A stretch of DNA of 59,301 nt, taken from positions 1 to 59,301 of the forward strand of contig JBAYJM010000004.1 in NCBI GenBank assembly GCA_041665065.1, in the 5' to 3' direction. Source of the DNA: Candidatus Buchananbacteria bacterium (GTDB lineage Bacteria > Patescibacteriota > Patescibacteriia > 2-01-FULL-39-33). The notes below the pieces were generated by a model. It had not been told where the DNA came from and ran no database searches. It saw nothing but the letters and a program-made list of their open reading frames with translations. The translations under genes were made by a program, and so were the position numbers. Below, piece by piece: positions 47,145 through 56,582 of this stretch (position 1 is its first letter; each line of letters begins with the position of its first letter).

Positions 47145-47570
47145 TTACCGCATTAATTCCTCGGCAAGCCTCGTTACTTCGGACATATCACGGCCCAAGG
47201 CACTACATATAGCTTGGAATGTTTGCAGATTGAGACCTCTGCGTCTGCCACACTCAAGCATGGAAATAATGCTCTGTGATAAGCCTGATTTCTCAGCAAG
47301 CCGTGGCTGAGTTAAGCCTTGCTCCTTTCTTATCTGTTTGATGACTGTGCCAATGTTCTGCACCGCGGGTAGTCTGTCTGGTTTTTGTTTTCTCTTTCTG
47401 GGCTTAATGCCCAATACCTGGAAAACCCTTCTTAGGGTTGCTTGATCAACCCCGTTTTCAATGATTCTCATTTCTTCTACCGATATTCCAATCTCCACAG
47501 CTAGTGCATCGATTGACAGCCCCAGTTTTATGCGACTTTTTTTGATGGTCCTACCATCATTATTACTCAT
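47145..47570 (-). CDS. XRE-family regulator with two tandem HTH domains (G+C-rich gene)
   Basis: 'IKKSRIKLGLSIDALAVEIGISVEEMRIIENG' and 'IKQIRKEQGLTQPRLAEKSGLSQSIISMLECG'. GGAGGAGGG SD (47574-47582 on the minus strand). Confidence 0.7.
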   Translation of the reverse strand: MSNNDGRTIKKSRIKLGLSIDALAVEIGISVEEMRIIENGVDQATLRRVFQVLGIKPRKRKQKPDRLPAVQNIGTVIKQIRKEQGLTQPRLAEKSGLSQSIISMLECGRRRGLNLQTFQAICSALGRDMSEVTRLAEELMR

Positions 47571-47632
47571 GATCCCTCCTCCGCTGATGTGCTGTTTGGA
47601 ATTTAGTTTAAATTTAGATTTTTGTCAATGAT

Positions 47633-48076
47633 TTAAATTTTCTCATATCTGCCCATCAATTCTGCCTGATCAATAACATGACCGGCAATGGCCTCTTCTA
47701 TTTTTCTTCTGTCTGCTCCGGCCGGAATTTCTAATTTAATATCTAGCACATAAATTTTAAAATAATATCTGTGAGAACCAGATGGCGGACATGGACCTGT
47801 GTAACCAGATTGTCCGGCGGTATTTAATCCCTCAACCGCTTTGGCTGGTGATTTGCCTTCACGGATGTTTGCATCTTTTGGATCGATGTTATAAATAATC
47901 CAGTGAGTAAATTCCCCATCAGGAGCATCAGGATCCGTTACAATTAGAACTAAACTCTCAGCCGATTCATGGATTTCAGAAAATTCAATCGGCGGGTTTA
48001 TATTCTCTCCATCGCAGGTGTATTTTGATGGAATTATTTCACCTTCAGTGAAGGCTGGACTTGAAATGTTAATCAT
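47633..48076 (-). CDS. YbhB/YbcL (PEBP) family protein
   Basis: 'DPDAPDG', 'HWIIYNI', 'GPCPPSGSHRYYF'. The start was moved from 48208 to ATG 48076, because the extension runs into tRNA-Val. Confidence 0.8.
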   Translation of the reverse strand: MINISSPAFTEGEIIPSKYTCDGENINPPIEFSEIHESAESLVLIVTDPDAPDGEFTHWIIYNIDPKDANIREGKSPAKAVEGLNTAGQSGYTGPCPPSGSHRYYFKIYVLDIKLEIPAGADRRKIEEAIAGHVIDQAELMGRYEKI

Positions 48077-48166
48077 ATAATTTGTCTTTAATTTTAATTT
48101 TATAATTATAAGCTTATAAGATAAAAATTTGATTAACAAAAAAACTCCCGCTTGGGAGTTTTGTAG

Positions 48167-48240
48167 TGGACGGCAGAGGAGTCGGACCTCTGACCTCTTC
48201 GACGTCAACGAAGCGCTCTAACCAACTGAGCTAGCCGTCC
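48167..48240 (-). tRNA. tRNA-Val (anticodon GAC)
   Basis: Reverse complement: GGACGGC...GCCGTCC-A, anticodon stem CTTCG/CGAAG, loop TTGACGT. Confidence 0.85.
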
Positions 48241-48246
48241 TTTTAG

Positions 48247-48319
48247 TAGGCCTGGGTGGAATTGAACCACCGACCCCTGCTTTATAAGAGCAGTGCTCTA
48301 ACCACTGAGCTACAGGCCC
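48247..48319 (-). tRNA. tRNA-Ile (anticodon TAT)
   Basis: Reverse complement is GGGCCTGTAGCTCAGTGGTTAGAGCACTGCTCTTATAAAGCAGGGGTCGGTGGTTCAATTCCACCCAGGCCTA. The body resembles E. coli tRNA-Ile1, with anticodon stem CTGCT/AGCAG and loop CTTATAA. Confidence 0.8.
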
Positions 48320-48334
48320 ATAATAATATGAATG

Positions 48335-48407
48335 TGGACCCTAGCGGGATCGAACCGCTTGCCTCTTCCATGCCATGGAAGCGCTCTACCAAGTGAGCTA
48401 AGGGCCC
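48335..48407 (-). tRNA. tRNA-Ala (anticodon GGC)
   Basis: Reverse complement: GGGCCCT...AGGGTCC-A with G3:U70, anticodon stem CTTCC/GGAAG, loop ATGGCAT. Confidence 0.85.
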
Positions 48408-48454
48408 TGGTAGTATTCTATGTTTTTTTACTATAATCTATTTTAACCAAAATT

Positions 48455-49606
48455 TCAAGCAATAACCGAGCAGCTTATCTTCTTCTTTACTTCTTCAATT
48501 ATCATTCTTTCGGCTTGGGCCAAAGAAACGTCTTTTAGGGTAAAGCGAGCAATTTCTTTATTGCCAATTGGATTAAATGCCTGAGAAATGGCTGAGGCAT
48601 CAAGTTTTTTGGTAGAATAAATAATCGCTTCAACGCAGTTAGCTGATTTATCGGACTGATAAATCAAAAAAATAATTTCTGTTTTGGGCATGGTGATAAT
48701 TAACTCATCAATGACATCTTGAAGGTCTTCCGGTGAGGTTGAAGTTTCTAAAAAATCATTTGCCGATAGGGCTGACCATACAATACGGTCGTCAAAATCA
48801 TTTTTTAAGCGTGACAAAACTCGGCCCCACAATTTTAGTGTCGAAATATATCGGCTTTGATAAAGGTTTTGGATTATTTGCTCCCTTCTTGCTCCTTTAT
48901 TTATCAGTTCACTTGCCATGTTCAATGTTCGAGGCGTAACTTCGAGAGTTTTAAAATTTTTGGTTGACATGATTATTCCGCCAAGCAAATAGGTGGCGAT
49001 ATTATCATCAATCATTTCCCGGTCCAATTCTTTTAGTAAGTCGTAAATTATTTCAGAGGTGGATGATGACGCGATATTTACAAGATTTATGTTTCCAAAA
49101 TATTCATTAAGCGGAGAATGGTCTACATTAATTTTGGGTTTGGCGTAAAAAAAATCAGCATTGTTGTCATATATTGTACCAAGTGAACTCAGATCGGGAC
49201 TGCCCAGAATAAATATGAGATCATATTGGTAATCGGAAGTGAAGGTTTTAATGTCCTTTTCTTCAAATGTTCCATCTTCCGGGGTGATATAAATATTTAA
49301 TTTATCATCTTGCTGATCATAACTGACTTCATTTAACTTTGTATTATTTGTATTTACACTAATGACAAATTTTTGCAGGTTGCCAAGGTTTGGCCTAATC
49401 TGGTAGGCAGGCAAAAAAGAAATATTGGAAGTAATTGAAAAATTATCACAAACAATGGAGACTTTTTTCCCGGCATTTTTTAGAAATTCACCCAAAGATA
49501 ATGAGGCGGCCAGGGCGTCACCGCTCCAGTCGCGCTTTAAGGTTATGAGAATCGAATTGCTTTTTTTAATCAGTTCCGATATTTGCTGTGTTTCGGTAAA
49601 GGCCAT
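48455..49606 (-). CDS. DHH-family-like protein with degenerate catalytic motifs
   Basis: 'DWSGDALAASL' replaces DGD...G and 'NVDHSP' replaces DHH. No GGGH motif. Overall NrnA-like layout. Confidence 0.6.
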   Translation of the reverse strand: MAFTETQQISELIKKSNSILITLKRDWSGDALAASLSLGEFLKNAGKKVSIVCDNFSITSNISFLPAYQIRPNLGNLQKFVISVNTNNTKLNEVSYDQQDDKLNIYITPEDGTFEEKDIKTFTSDYQYDLIFILGSPDLSSLGTIYDNNADFFYAKPKINVDHSPLNEYFGNINLVNIASSSTSEIIYDLLKELDREMIDDNIATYLLGGIIMSTKNFKTLEVTPRTLNMASELINKGARREQIIQNLYQSRYISTLKLWGRVLSRLKNDFDDRIVWSALSANDFLETSTSPEDLQDVIDELIITMPKTEIIFLIYQSDKSANCVEAIIYSTKKLDASAISQAFNPIGNKEIARFTLKDVSLAQAERMIIEEVKKKISCSVIA

Positions 49607-49793
49607 TTAACCCAAAAAAATTAATCTTAATTTAATTAACTATGTTAACGCATTATTGGGCAGATGTCAACAGGGCAAAAACCTTGAAAAATCCGCCATT
49701 TTTGATTAAAATATAACCAGTGCAATAAATTAAGGGACAAATGCAGCATAATGGCGTTAAGCGCTGGATAAATATTAAAATAATATTGATTAT

Positions 49794-52451
49794 ATGGTTA
49801 AAATTGAACTGGCTAAGGCATATAATGCGGCCGAAGTGGAAGATGCGATATATGAAAAGTGGGAAAAGTCGGGCTTTTTTAATCCTGATAATTTGACAGA
49901 GGCTAAAGATCCTTTTGTAATCTCAATGCCCCCACCAAATGTTACTGGAATTTTACACCTTGGCCATGCCTTTGAAAACTCTCTAATGGACGTTGAGATT
50001 AGATATCAGAGGATGAAGGGCAAAAAGGCGATGATAGTTCCTGGAACCGATCATGCGGCGGTTGCTACTCAGGCAAGGGTTGAAGGCGATTTAAAAAAAC
50101 AAGGCATTGCTAACCCCAGGCAGGAATTAGGCAGAGAAAAGCTTTTGGAAAAAATTAAAGAATTTGCCGAGAATCAAAAATCTATAATACTTGGCCAAAT
50201 CAAAAAAATGGGTACGAGTTGCGATTGGTCAAGGTTGGCCTATACTTTTGATGAGCAGAGATCTGAGGCGGTAAATGAACTATTTAAGATGATGTATAAT
50301 GATGGCTTGATTTATCGCGGTTACAGAGTTATTAATTGGTCAGTTAAGGGGCAATCAACTTGTTCTGATGACGAATTGGTTTATGTTGATCAGCTAACGA
50401 AGATTTATACTTTTAAATATGGCAAGGATTTTCCAATTGCCATTGCTACCACTAGGCCGGAAACCAAGCTGGGGGACACTGCTGTTGCCGTTAATCCAAA
50501 AGATGACCGCTACAAGCAATATATCGGCCAAAAATTTACCGTTGATGTCGGCGCAAAAAATTCTTTGACAATTACAGTTATTGCCGATGATGGCGTTGAT
50601 ACAAATTATGGCACGGGTGCTGTCGGCGTAACACCGGCACATAGCCCGGTTGACTTTGAAATGTATCAAAAAAATAAAGACATCGGAATAATTCCTGTTA
50701 TCGGAAAAGATGGCAAGATGACAGAGGAGGCTGGCGTAAATTATGCCGGTCTAGATGTCTTGGAAGCAAGAGAAAAATTTGTTAACTGGCTTAGAGAAAA
50801 CGATTTATTGCTTAAAGAAGAAGACTTAACGCACAGTGTTGGCACTTCAGATAGGTTTGGAGATGTGGTTGAAGCCATTCCTATGGAGCAGTGGTTTGTG
50901 GATGTTAATAAAAAAGTCAAAGAGAGGGGAATGAGTTTGAAAGAATTGATGCGAGAAGCTGTAACAAGAGGCCACAATGGCAATTCCGATAAAATCATAA
51001 ACATAACCCCGGATAGATTTAAAACAATTTACTTGCATTGGATTGATAATTTAAGAGATTGGTGTATTTCCAGGCAAATTTGGTGGGGACATCGGATTCC
51101 AGTCTGGTATTGTGATGATTGCGACCAAATTTTTTATGGCAGCGAAAATCCTGGTGCCTGTCCAAAGTGTGAGTCGATAAAAATTAGGCAGGATGAAGAT
51201 ACATTAGACACCTGGTTTTCTTCTGGCGCTTGGACATTTTCAACGTTGGGCTGGCCGGCTGAAACGCAGGACTTATTAACATATCATCCTACGTCCTGGA
51301 TGCAGATGGGCTATGAAATTTTGTTTTTTTGGATGGCCAGAATGATCCTTATGACGACTTATGCTCTTGATGATATTCCATTTAGAGATGTCTATATCCA
51401 CGGAATTTTAAGGGATAAAAACGGCAAGAAATTTTCTAAGTCACTTGGCAACGGCCTGGATCCGATTGAAATTATTAATAAATATGGTACTGATGCTTTG
51501 AGATTAAGCCTATTAAGAGGCACATCTCCGGGAAATGACATGCGTTTTTATGAAGAGAAAGTTGAAGGTGCTAGGAATTTCGTAAACAAGCTTTGGAATA
51601 TTTCTAGATTTATAATCCAGTCGATTGATAGTCCAAAAATTATTGATAAAACTCCAGTAATTAAAACTCTAGCGGACCAATGGATTTTGGATAAATTAAA
51701 TAGTATCACTAAGTCTGTTACTGAAGAGCTTGATAAGTTTAATTTTTCCGGAGCAATTGACTATCTTTGGGAGTTCACTTGGGCGGATTTTGCAGATTGG
51801 TATTTAGAAATTGCTAAAGTTGAGGGCAATAAAGAAGAAATACTGCTTTATATCCTCCAGAATTTATTGAAATTATGGCATCCATTCATTCCATTTGTGA
51901 CAGAAGAACTTTGGAAAAATTTTGATGATAAAAATTTATTAATGATTGCCGTTTGGCCGAAATTCATAGATCAAAAGCCAAGCGACGCGGATGAAAATTT
52001 TGAATGGATAAAAAATATCATAACCATAATAAGAAATTTAAGAAGTGAAAATAAGGTTGAACCGGCAAAAAAGATTTCAGCTATTATAATTTCTGATAAA
52101 ATTAAATTACTGGAAAATCAATCGGAGATTATTAAAAAATTAGCTCGGCTTGAGAATTTATCAATTATAAAAAAAGGCGATAAGCCAGCAAATAGCGTCG
52201 GCTCCGCTATTGGTTCAACTCAAATTTATATTGAGCTTGCTTCCGCCGTTAATGCTGAAGTGGAAGTAAAAAGACTTCAGAAAGAAATCTCCGAATTGGA
52301 TAAATATGCGGTTGGCATAGAGCAAAAATTAAAAAATGAAGAATTTTTAAAAAATGCGCCTGAAGCAATTATAAAAAAGGAAGCGGATAAATTAAAAGAA
52401 GCGAGAGAAAAAATAGAAAAATTAACTTTACAACTTGAATCCCTAAAGTAA
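49794..52451 (+). CDS. valS: Valine--tRNA ligase
   Basis: 'PPPNVTGILHLGH' (HIGH), 'KFSKSLGN' (KMSKS), C-terminal coiled coil. Confidence 0.95.
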   Translation: MVKIELAKAYNAAEVEDAIYEKWEKSGFFNPDNLTEAKDPFVISMPPPNVTGILHLGHAFENSLMDVEIRYQRMKGKKAMIVPGTDHAAVATQARVEGDLKKQGIANPRQELGREKLLEKIKEFAENQKSIILGQIKKMGTSCDWSRLAYTFDEQRSEAVNELFKMMYNDGLIYRGYRVINWSVKGQSTCSDDELVYVDQLTKIYTFKYGKDFPIAIATTRPETKLGDTAVAVNPKDDRYKQYIGQKFTVDVGAKNSLTITVIADDGVDTNYGTGAVGVTPAHSPVDFEMYQKNKDIGIIPVIGKDGKMTEEAGVNYAGLDVLEAREKFVNWLRENDLLLKEEDLTHSVGTSDRFGDVVEAIPMEQWFVDVNKKVKERGMSLKELMREAVTRGHNGNSDKIINITPDRFKTIYLHWIDNLRDWCISRQIWWGHRIPVWYCDDCDQIFYGSENPGACPKCESIKIRQDEDTLDTWFSSGAWTFSTLGWPAETQDLLTYHPTSWMQMGYEILFFWMARMILMTTYALDDIPFRDVYIHGILRDKNGKKFSKSLGNGLDPIEIINKYGTDALRLSLLRGTSPGNDMRFYEEKVEGARNFVNKLWNISRFIIQSIDSPKIIDKTPVIKTLADQWILDKLNSITKSVTEELDKFNFSGAIDYLWEFTWADFADWYLEIAKVEGNKEEILLYILQNLLKLWHPFIPFVTEELWKNFDDKNLLMIAVWPKFIDQKPSDADENFEWIKNIITIIRNLRSENKVEPAKKISAIIISDKIKLLENQSEIIKKLARLENLSIIKKGDKPANSVGSAIGSTQIYIELASAVNAEVEVKRLQKEISELDKYAVGIEQKLKNEEFLKNAPEAIIKKEADKLKEAREKIEKLTLQLESLK

Positions 52452-52455
52452 CCTT

Positions 52456-53655
52456 ATGCAAAAAATAATCACCGATGAAAAATCAATAGACGCTTTGCTC
52501 AGTCGCGGAGTTGAAAATATATACCCGGACAAGGAATCTTTGAAAAAATTATTGATGTCTGGAAAAAGAATAAAACTATATTGCGGCTATGATCCCAATT
52601 CTCCTACCTTACATATCGGACATGGAATTACGATTAGAAAGCTGGCAAAATTTTTGGAGCTAGGACATGAAGTAATTTTCTTATTTGGAGATTTTACTGG
52701 ACAAATCGGCGATCCGGACAAATTAAGCGTACGCGAACAAATCAATCACACGCAGGTGCTGAAAAATTTGCAAGGATGGAAAAAGCAAATAAAAAATATT
52801 ATTGACATCGATAAGGTTTCCTTCAAATTCAACTCTAAGTGGTTGAGCAAGTTGAATTTTAAAGACCTAATAGAAGCCGCTCGCCACTTTACTGGTCAGC
52901 AGATGATGGATAGGGATATGTTTAAAGAAAGAATAAAGGCTAACAGGCCGATTTATCTGCACGAATTTTTTTATCCGCTTATGCAGGCTTATGATAGCGT
53001 AGCCATGGATGTTGATTTGGAAATCGGCGGCAATGACCAAATGTTTAATATGCTCGCCGGCAGGACGCTGATGAAGGCCATGAAAAATAAGGAAAAGATG
53101 GTTCTGACCATGAAGCTTTTAGAAGATCCGACAGGAAAGAAGATGGGTAAATCAGAAGGGAACATGATTACTTTAGTTGATTCACCAGAAGAAATGTATG
53201 GGAAGGTCATGAGCTGGACGGATGGAATGATTGTTCCGGCTTTTGAAATTTTGACCGATATATCAATGGAAGAAATTGGAGCCATGGAAGAAGAGATAAA
53301 ATCAGGCACTAATCCTCGTGACATCAAAATGAAGCTGGCTTATGAGGTGGTCAAGGTTTACTTGGGAGAAAAGGCTGCCCAGCATGCGCAGCAGAATTTT
53401 AAAAGAGTTTTTCAGGATAAGCAGAAGCCATTAGAAATACCGGAAGTAAAAATTGATGAAGTAAAAATGGGAGTTTTGGACTTATTTGTAAAAGCTGGTC
53501 TTGCCCAGAGTAATGGCGAAGTTAGAAGATTGATAAAAGAAGGTGCTATTTTAATTGATGATAAAAAGATTGATAATGAAAAAATGGAAGTTGAGATTGG
53601 TGATGGCTTGTTGCTTCAGAGAGGGAAGAAGATGTTTGTTAAGGTTATTAGATAA
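52456..53655 (+). CDS. tyrS: Tyrosine--tRNA ligase
   Basis: 'PTLHIGHG' (HIGH), 'KMGKS', C-terminal S4-like domain. Confidence 0.95.
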   Translation: MQKIITDEKSIDALLSRGVENIYPDKESLKKLLMSGKRIKLYCGYDPNSPTLHIGHGITIRKLAKFLELGHEVIFLFGDFTGQIGDPDKLSVREQINHTQVLKNLQGWKKQIKNIIDIDKVSFKFNSKWLSKLNFKDLIEAARHFTGQQMMDRDMFKERIKANRPIYLHEFFYPLMQAYDSVAMDVDLEIGGNDQMFNMLAGRTLMKAMKNKEKMVLTMKLLEDPTGKKMGKSEGNMITLVDSPEEMYGKVMSWTDGMIVPAFEILTDISMEEIGAMEEEIKSGTNPRDIKMKLAYEVVKVYLGEKAAQHAQQNFKRVFQDKQKPLEIPEVKIDEVKMGVLDLFVKAGLAQSNGEVRRLIKEGAILIDDKKIDNEKMEVEIGDGLLLQRGKKMFVKVIR

Positions 53656-53739
53656 TTAAACAGTAACAGTGTTGTTAATTTTGTTCGTTGATAATTATTT
53701 TCTAGTCCCATTAACATTTGGACGAAGGGGGGTGTACTG

Positions 53740-54165
53740 ATGGCGTGGTGGAAAAAAGTGGTATATATTTACCACAACGTGTTTAATGCTAAGTTCGCCA
53801 TAATATCGGCAGTCTGTAATGGGCTGATTGCGATGGTGGTGAATGGAGCATATGGGCCAAAGGAATATTTGATGGCGGGATTGGCACAGGGGGCTTCGAG
53901 CTTTCTGTCGACTGGCATAACGGCGAGAGTAGTTCAGCATTTCTCGCCAATTAAATCCGCATTGCCATCGTATTTTTTTGGTAGCTTGGTTCCTGCGAGT
54001 TTGACGTTTGTGATGAGTCTTTTGGTTCATTTATGGAATAATACGCCGGAAGTGCTGGCTAGTTGTGTAGCTCCGACCGTAATTAGCTATACGACAAGCT
54101 ATATCACAAACTATCTGACTCGTCATGGGCGAATGCTACCAGGCAATTACGGAGGACAGAAATAA
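53740..54165 (+). CDS. G+C-rich hypothetical membrane protein (141 aa)
   Basis: 'AAGGGGGG' SD about 8 nt upstream. About 4 hydrophobic segments. No family recognised. Confidence 0.45.
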   Translation: MAWWKKVVYIYHNVFNAKFAIISAVCNGLIAMVVNGAYGPKEYLMAGLAQGASSFLSTGITARVVQHFSPIKSALPSYFFGSLVPASLTFVMSLLVHLWNNTPEVLASCVAPTVISYTTSYITNYLTRHGRMLPGNYGGQK

Positions 54166-54284
54166 TCTCGTGCCGGATCCAGACAACGGGCCGGCGCGAG
54201 AACACTTTATCATGGTAGTAGGACTAGAAAATAATTATTGCTTTGATTTTAACTCGCTTATTCCCTGGCGAGCCTTTAAAATTT

Positions 54285-55100
54285 ATGAAAATAAACGAAA
54301 TTCAGGCCGCATCAATTATAACAAAGTCACAGTTACCTGATGCTGATTATGTTATAAATCCTTATGTTGGATGTATGCATTCTTGCATTTACTGTTATGC
54401 TAGATTTATGAAAAGATTTTCTGGGCATAATGAGGAGTGGGGAGATTTTGTTGATGCAAAAATTAATGCACCTGATTTAATTCCGGCTAAAACAAATAAG
54501 TATAAAGGAAAATCAATATTTATCTCTTCTGTTACAGATCCTTATCTTTCACTGGAAAGAAAATATAAACTTACTCGACAGATATTAGAAAAATTAATCC
54601 CACTTCAACCCAAATTGGGAATCTTAACAAAATCTGATCTTATTGTTAGGGATATAGATTTGTTAAAACAATTTAAAAATTGCGAAGTTGGGCTAACGAT
54701 TACAACTATTGATGATGATATTCGCAAGGAAGTTGAGCCGTTTACTTCATCAATCGAAAATAGGATAAACGCACTTAAAGAATTGAGTAAATCTGGCTTG
54801 AGAAGTTATGTTTTTATTGGTCCAATATTCCCATATCTTACTGATTGGAAAAAGATAATTTTGAAAACAAAAAAATACGCCAATTTTTATATGTTTGAAA
54901 ATTTAAATGTTTCAGGTTCTGTCTGGAAATCTATAAAAAGCTGGCTTGAAGTAAAACATCCAGAATTAATGGGAAAATATGAGACAATTTATTTTGCAAA
55001 AAATAGTTATTGGGATGAGGTTGAAAATGAAATTAAAAAATTCTGCAAAGAGCAGAAAGTAAAATATAAAATATTTTTTCATCACAAAAAATCTACCTGA
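54285..55100 (+). CDS. Radical SAM protein, SplB/COG1533-like (DNA repair photolyase-like)
   Basis: 'NPYVGCMHSCIYCYARF' (CX3CX2C in the COG1533 context). The start was moved from TTG 54243 to ATG 54285. Confidence 0.7.
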   Translation: MKINEIQAASIITKSQLPDADYVINPYVGCMHSCIYCYARFMKRFSGHNEEWGDFVDAKINAPDLIPAKTNKYKGKSIFISSVTDPYLSLERKYKLTRQILEKLIPLQPKLGILTKSDLIVRDIDLLKQFKNCEVGLTITTIDDDIRKEVEPFTSSIENRINALKELSKSGLRSYVFIGPIFPYLTDWKKIILKTKKYANFYMFENLNVSGSVWKSIKSWLEVKHPELMGKYETIYFAKNSYWDEVENEIKKFCKEQKVKYKIFFHHKKST

Positions 55101-55557
55101 TTTTTAATTTATCTTTCAAATCATTCAATCTTTCATAAAATCCTTTGCTGTGAATTGAATTGATTTTCAATTTACAAGTATCATAGTGGTGTATCCACTC
55201 ATGAAGAAGAGTATCTAAAAATGATTTGGGAGCTAAAATCTGCCCTCTTGCTGCTGTTCTGTTGGAGATGGAAATAGTAGCTGATCTTGGGCGATACAAG
55301 CCGTATCTTCTCATAACAATTTTATTATTTGATCGCTTGTGGTATTGGTTTTCATCCAAAATTTCCAATTTAATGATATCAATCTTGGATGAATCACAAA
55401 GCTCGTCTAAAAGCTGTTCGGATAATCCTTGCCTGACAGCAGCTTCTGAAGAAGTTAAAATATTTTGCGCCAATAAAATAGCCTCGGTTGAAATAGGAAT
55501 ATTTACCGAGGTTATTTTATTACTTTTTCGATAATTTAACGAAGCGAATAGTTTCAT
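55093..55557 (-). CDS. SprT-like zinc metallopeptidase-domain protein
   Basis: 'LLHEWIHHYD' (HExxH) followed by 'HSKGFYERL'. Its start abuts the sdpI-like stop. Confidence 0.4.
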   Translation of the reverse strand: MKLFASLNYRKSNKITSVNIPISTEAILLAQNILTSSEAAVRQGLSEQLLDELCDSSKIDIIKLEILDENQYHKRSNNKIVMRRYGLYRPRSATISISNRTAARGQILAPKSFLDTLLHEWIHHYDTCKLKINSIHSKGFYERLNDLKDKLKIR

Positions 55558-56222
55558 TAGTTGCCTTTTTTCTCTTGTCTATAGACAATATAAGAATATA
55601 ACATTGTGCCGACAAGAACAAGCGCGACTCCGCTGATAAAAGTGATGGTGCCAAGTAAAATTGGTAAGTATGGGGTAATAATAATTAATAATCCGAAAAT
55701 TATGAAAAACCAACCGCCGACTCGATGTGTTCTGTTCCAAACATTTTCTGAAGACATGGTCCAAGGGGTCCGGATGCCCATAAACCAATTGTATTTTATT
55801 TTGCCCATGTAGTTGCCAAGGACGATCATCATTGCTCCGATGACAAATGAAATGATATAGCCGATATTTATATCATATCCTAGATTGAATATGCCAGTAG
55901 CGACATAAACTATAAATAACACAGCTATGATGCAGTCTTTGAAAATATGAAAAGTCTTGGAAAATTCCTGGTACCTGTCTCTTTTGGGGTCAATATATGG
56001 CAAAATTGTAAAAAGGGCATACATGCCCAAGAGCAAGAAAGGGAAAAAGAAAGCCATAAATGCTTTTGGTCCGTAAGCATCCACTTGGCCGTAAAAATTC
56101 CAGTGAGTGGCGACTTTTTCTGGCCAGTATTTATAAAAAACGAAGCTTAAGACAATGGAAACAATGATCATTGCGATTGGAAGGGCTTCGCTTTTCCAAC
56201 CTAGCTTAATTGGGGATTTCAT
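55557..56222 (-). CDS. sdpI: SdpI/YhfL-family membrane (immunity/signal-transduction) protein
   Basis: 'WPEKVATHWNFYGQVD' (DUF1648-like) and 'NWFMGIRTPWTMSSENVW' (SdpI motif). Polytopic. Confidence 0.7.
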   Translation of the reverse strand: MKSPIKLGWKSEALPIAMIIVSIVLSFVFYKYWPEKVATHWNFYGQVDAYGPKAFMAFFFPFLLLGMYALFTILPYIDPKRDRYQEFSKTFHIFKDCIIAVLFIVYVATGIFNLGYDINIGYIISFVIGAMMIVLGNYMGKIKYNWFMGIRTPWTMSSENVWNRTHRVGGWFFIIFGLLIIITPYLPILLGTITFISGVALVLVGTMLYSYIVYRQEKKGN

Positions 56223-56227
56223 ACTTT

Positions 56228-56503
56228 TTATTTATGTTTAGGTTTTAAAAATTTAATTATTTTTTCAGTTAATTCCTGGACGACGCTTAAATTCAAGGAA
56301 TAAATTATCTGTTGGCCATCTCTTCGTCCTGATACCAAATCCGCTCTTTTTAAGACATCGAGATGGTGGGAAAGGGTGGCCATGGTAATTTTAAGATGGG
56401 TGCCTATTTCAGTAACAGGCATTTCCTTTTTTTTGAGCAAATCTATTATTTTCCTTCTGTTTTCATCGGATAATGCTGAAAATGTTTTAGATAATGGAGG
56501 CAT
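56228..56503 (-). CDS. sdpR: ArsR/SmtB-family (SdpR-like) transcriptional repressor
   Basis: 'ALSDENRRKIIDLL', wHTH 'VTEIGTHLKITMATLSHHLDVLKRADLV'. Directly upstream of the sdpI-like gene. Confidence 0.8.
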   Translation of the reverse strand: MPPLSKTFSALSDENRRKIIDLLKKKEMPVTEIGTHLKITMATLSHHLDVLKRADLVSGRRDGQQIIYSLNLSVVQELTEKIIKFLKPKHK

Positions 56504-56517
56504 TTGATTAATTAGAT

Positions 56518-56564
56518 ATTTAGATATATATCTAAATTATATATTATAAAAAAATTCCTGTCAA
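56518..56564 (-). promoter_or_regulatory. sdpR promoter with a perfect 20-bp palindromic operator
   Basis: On the minus strand: TTGACA (56564-56559), 17 nt, TATAAT (56541-56536). The palindrome ATTTAGATATATATCTAAAT (56518-56537) overlaps the -10 and the predicted start site. Confidence 0.55.
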
Positions 56565-56582
56565 GGGAATAAAAAAAGGGGC

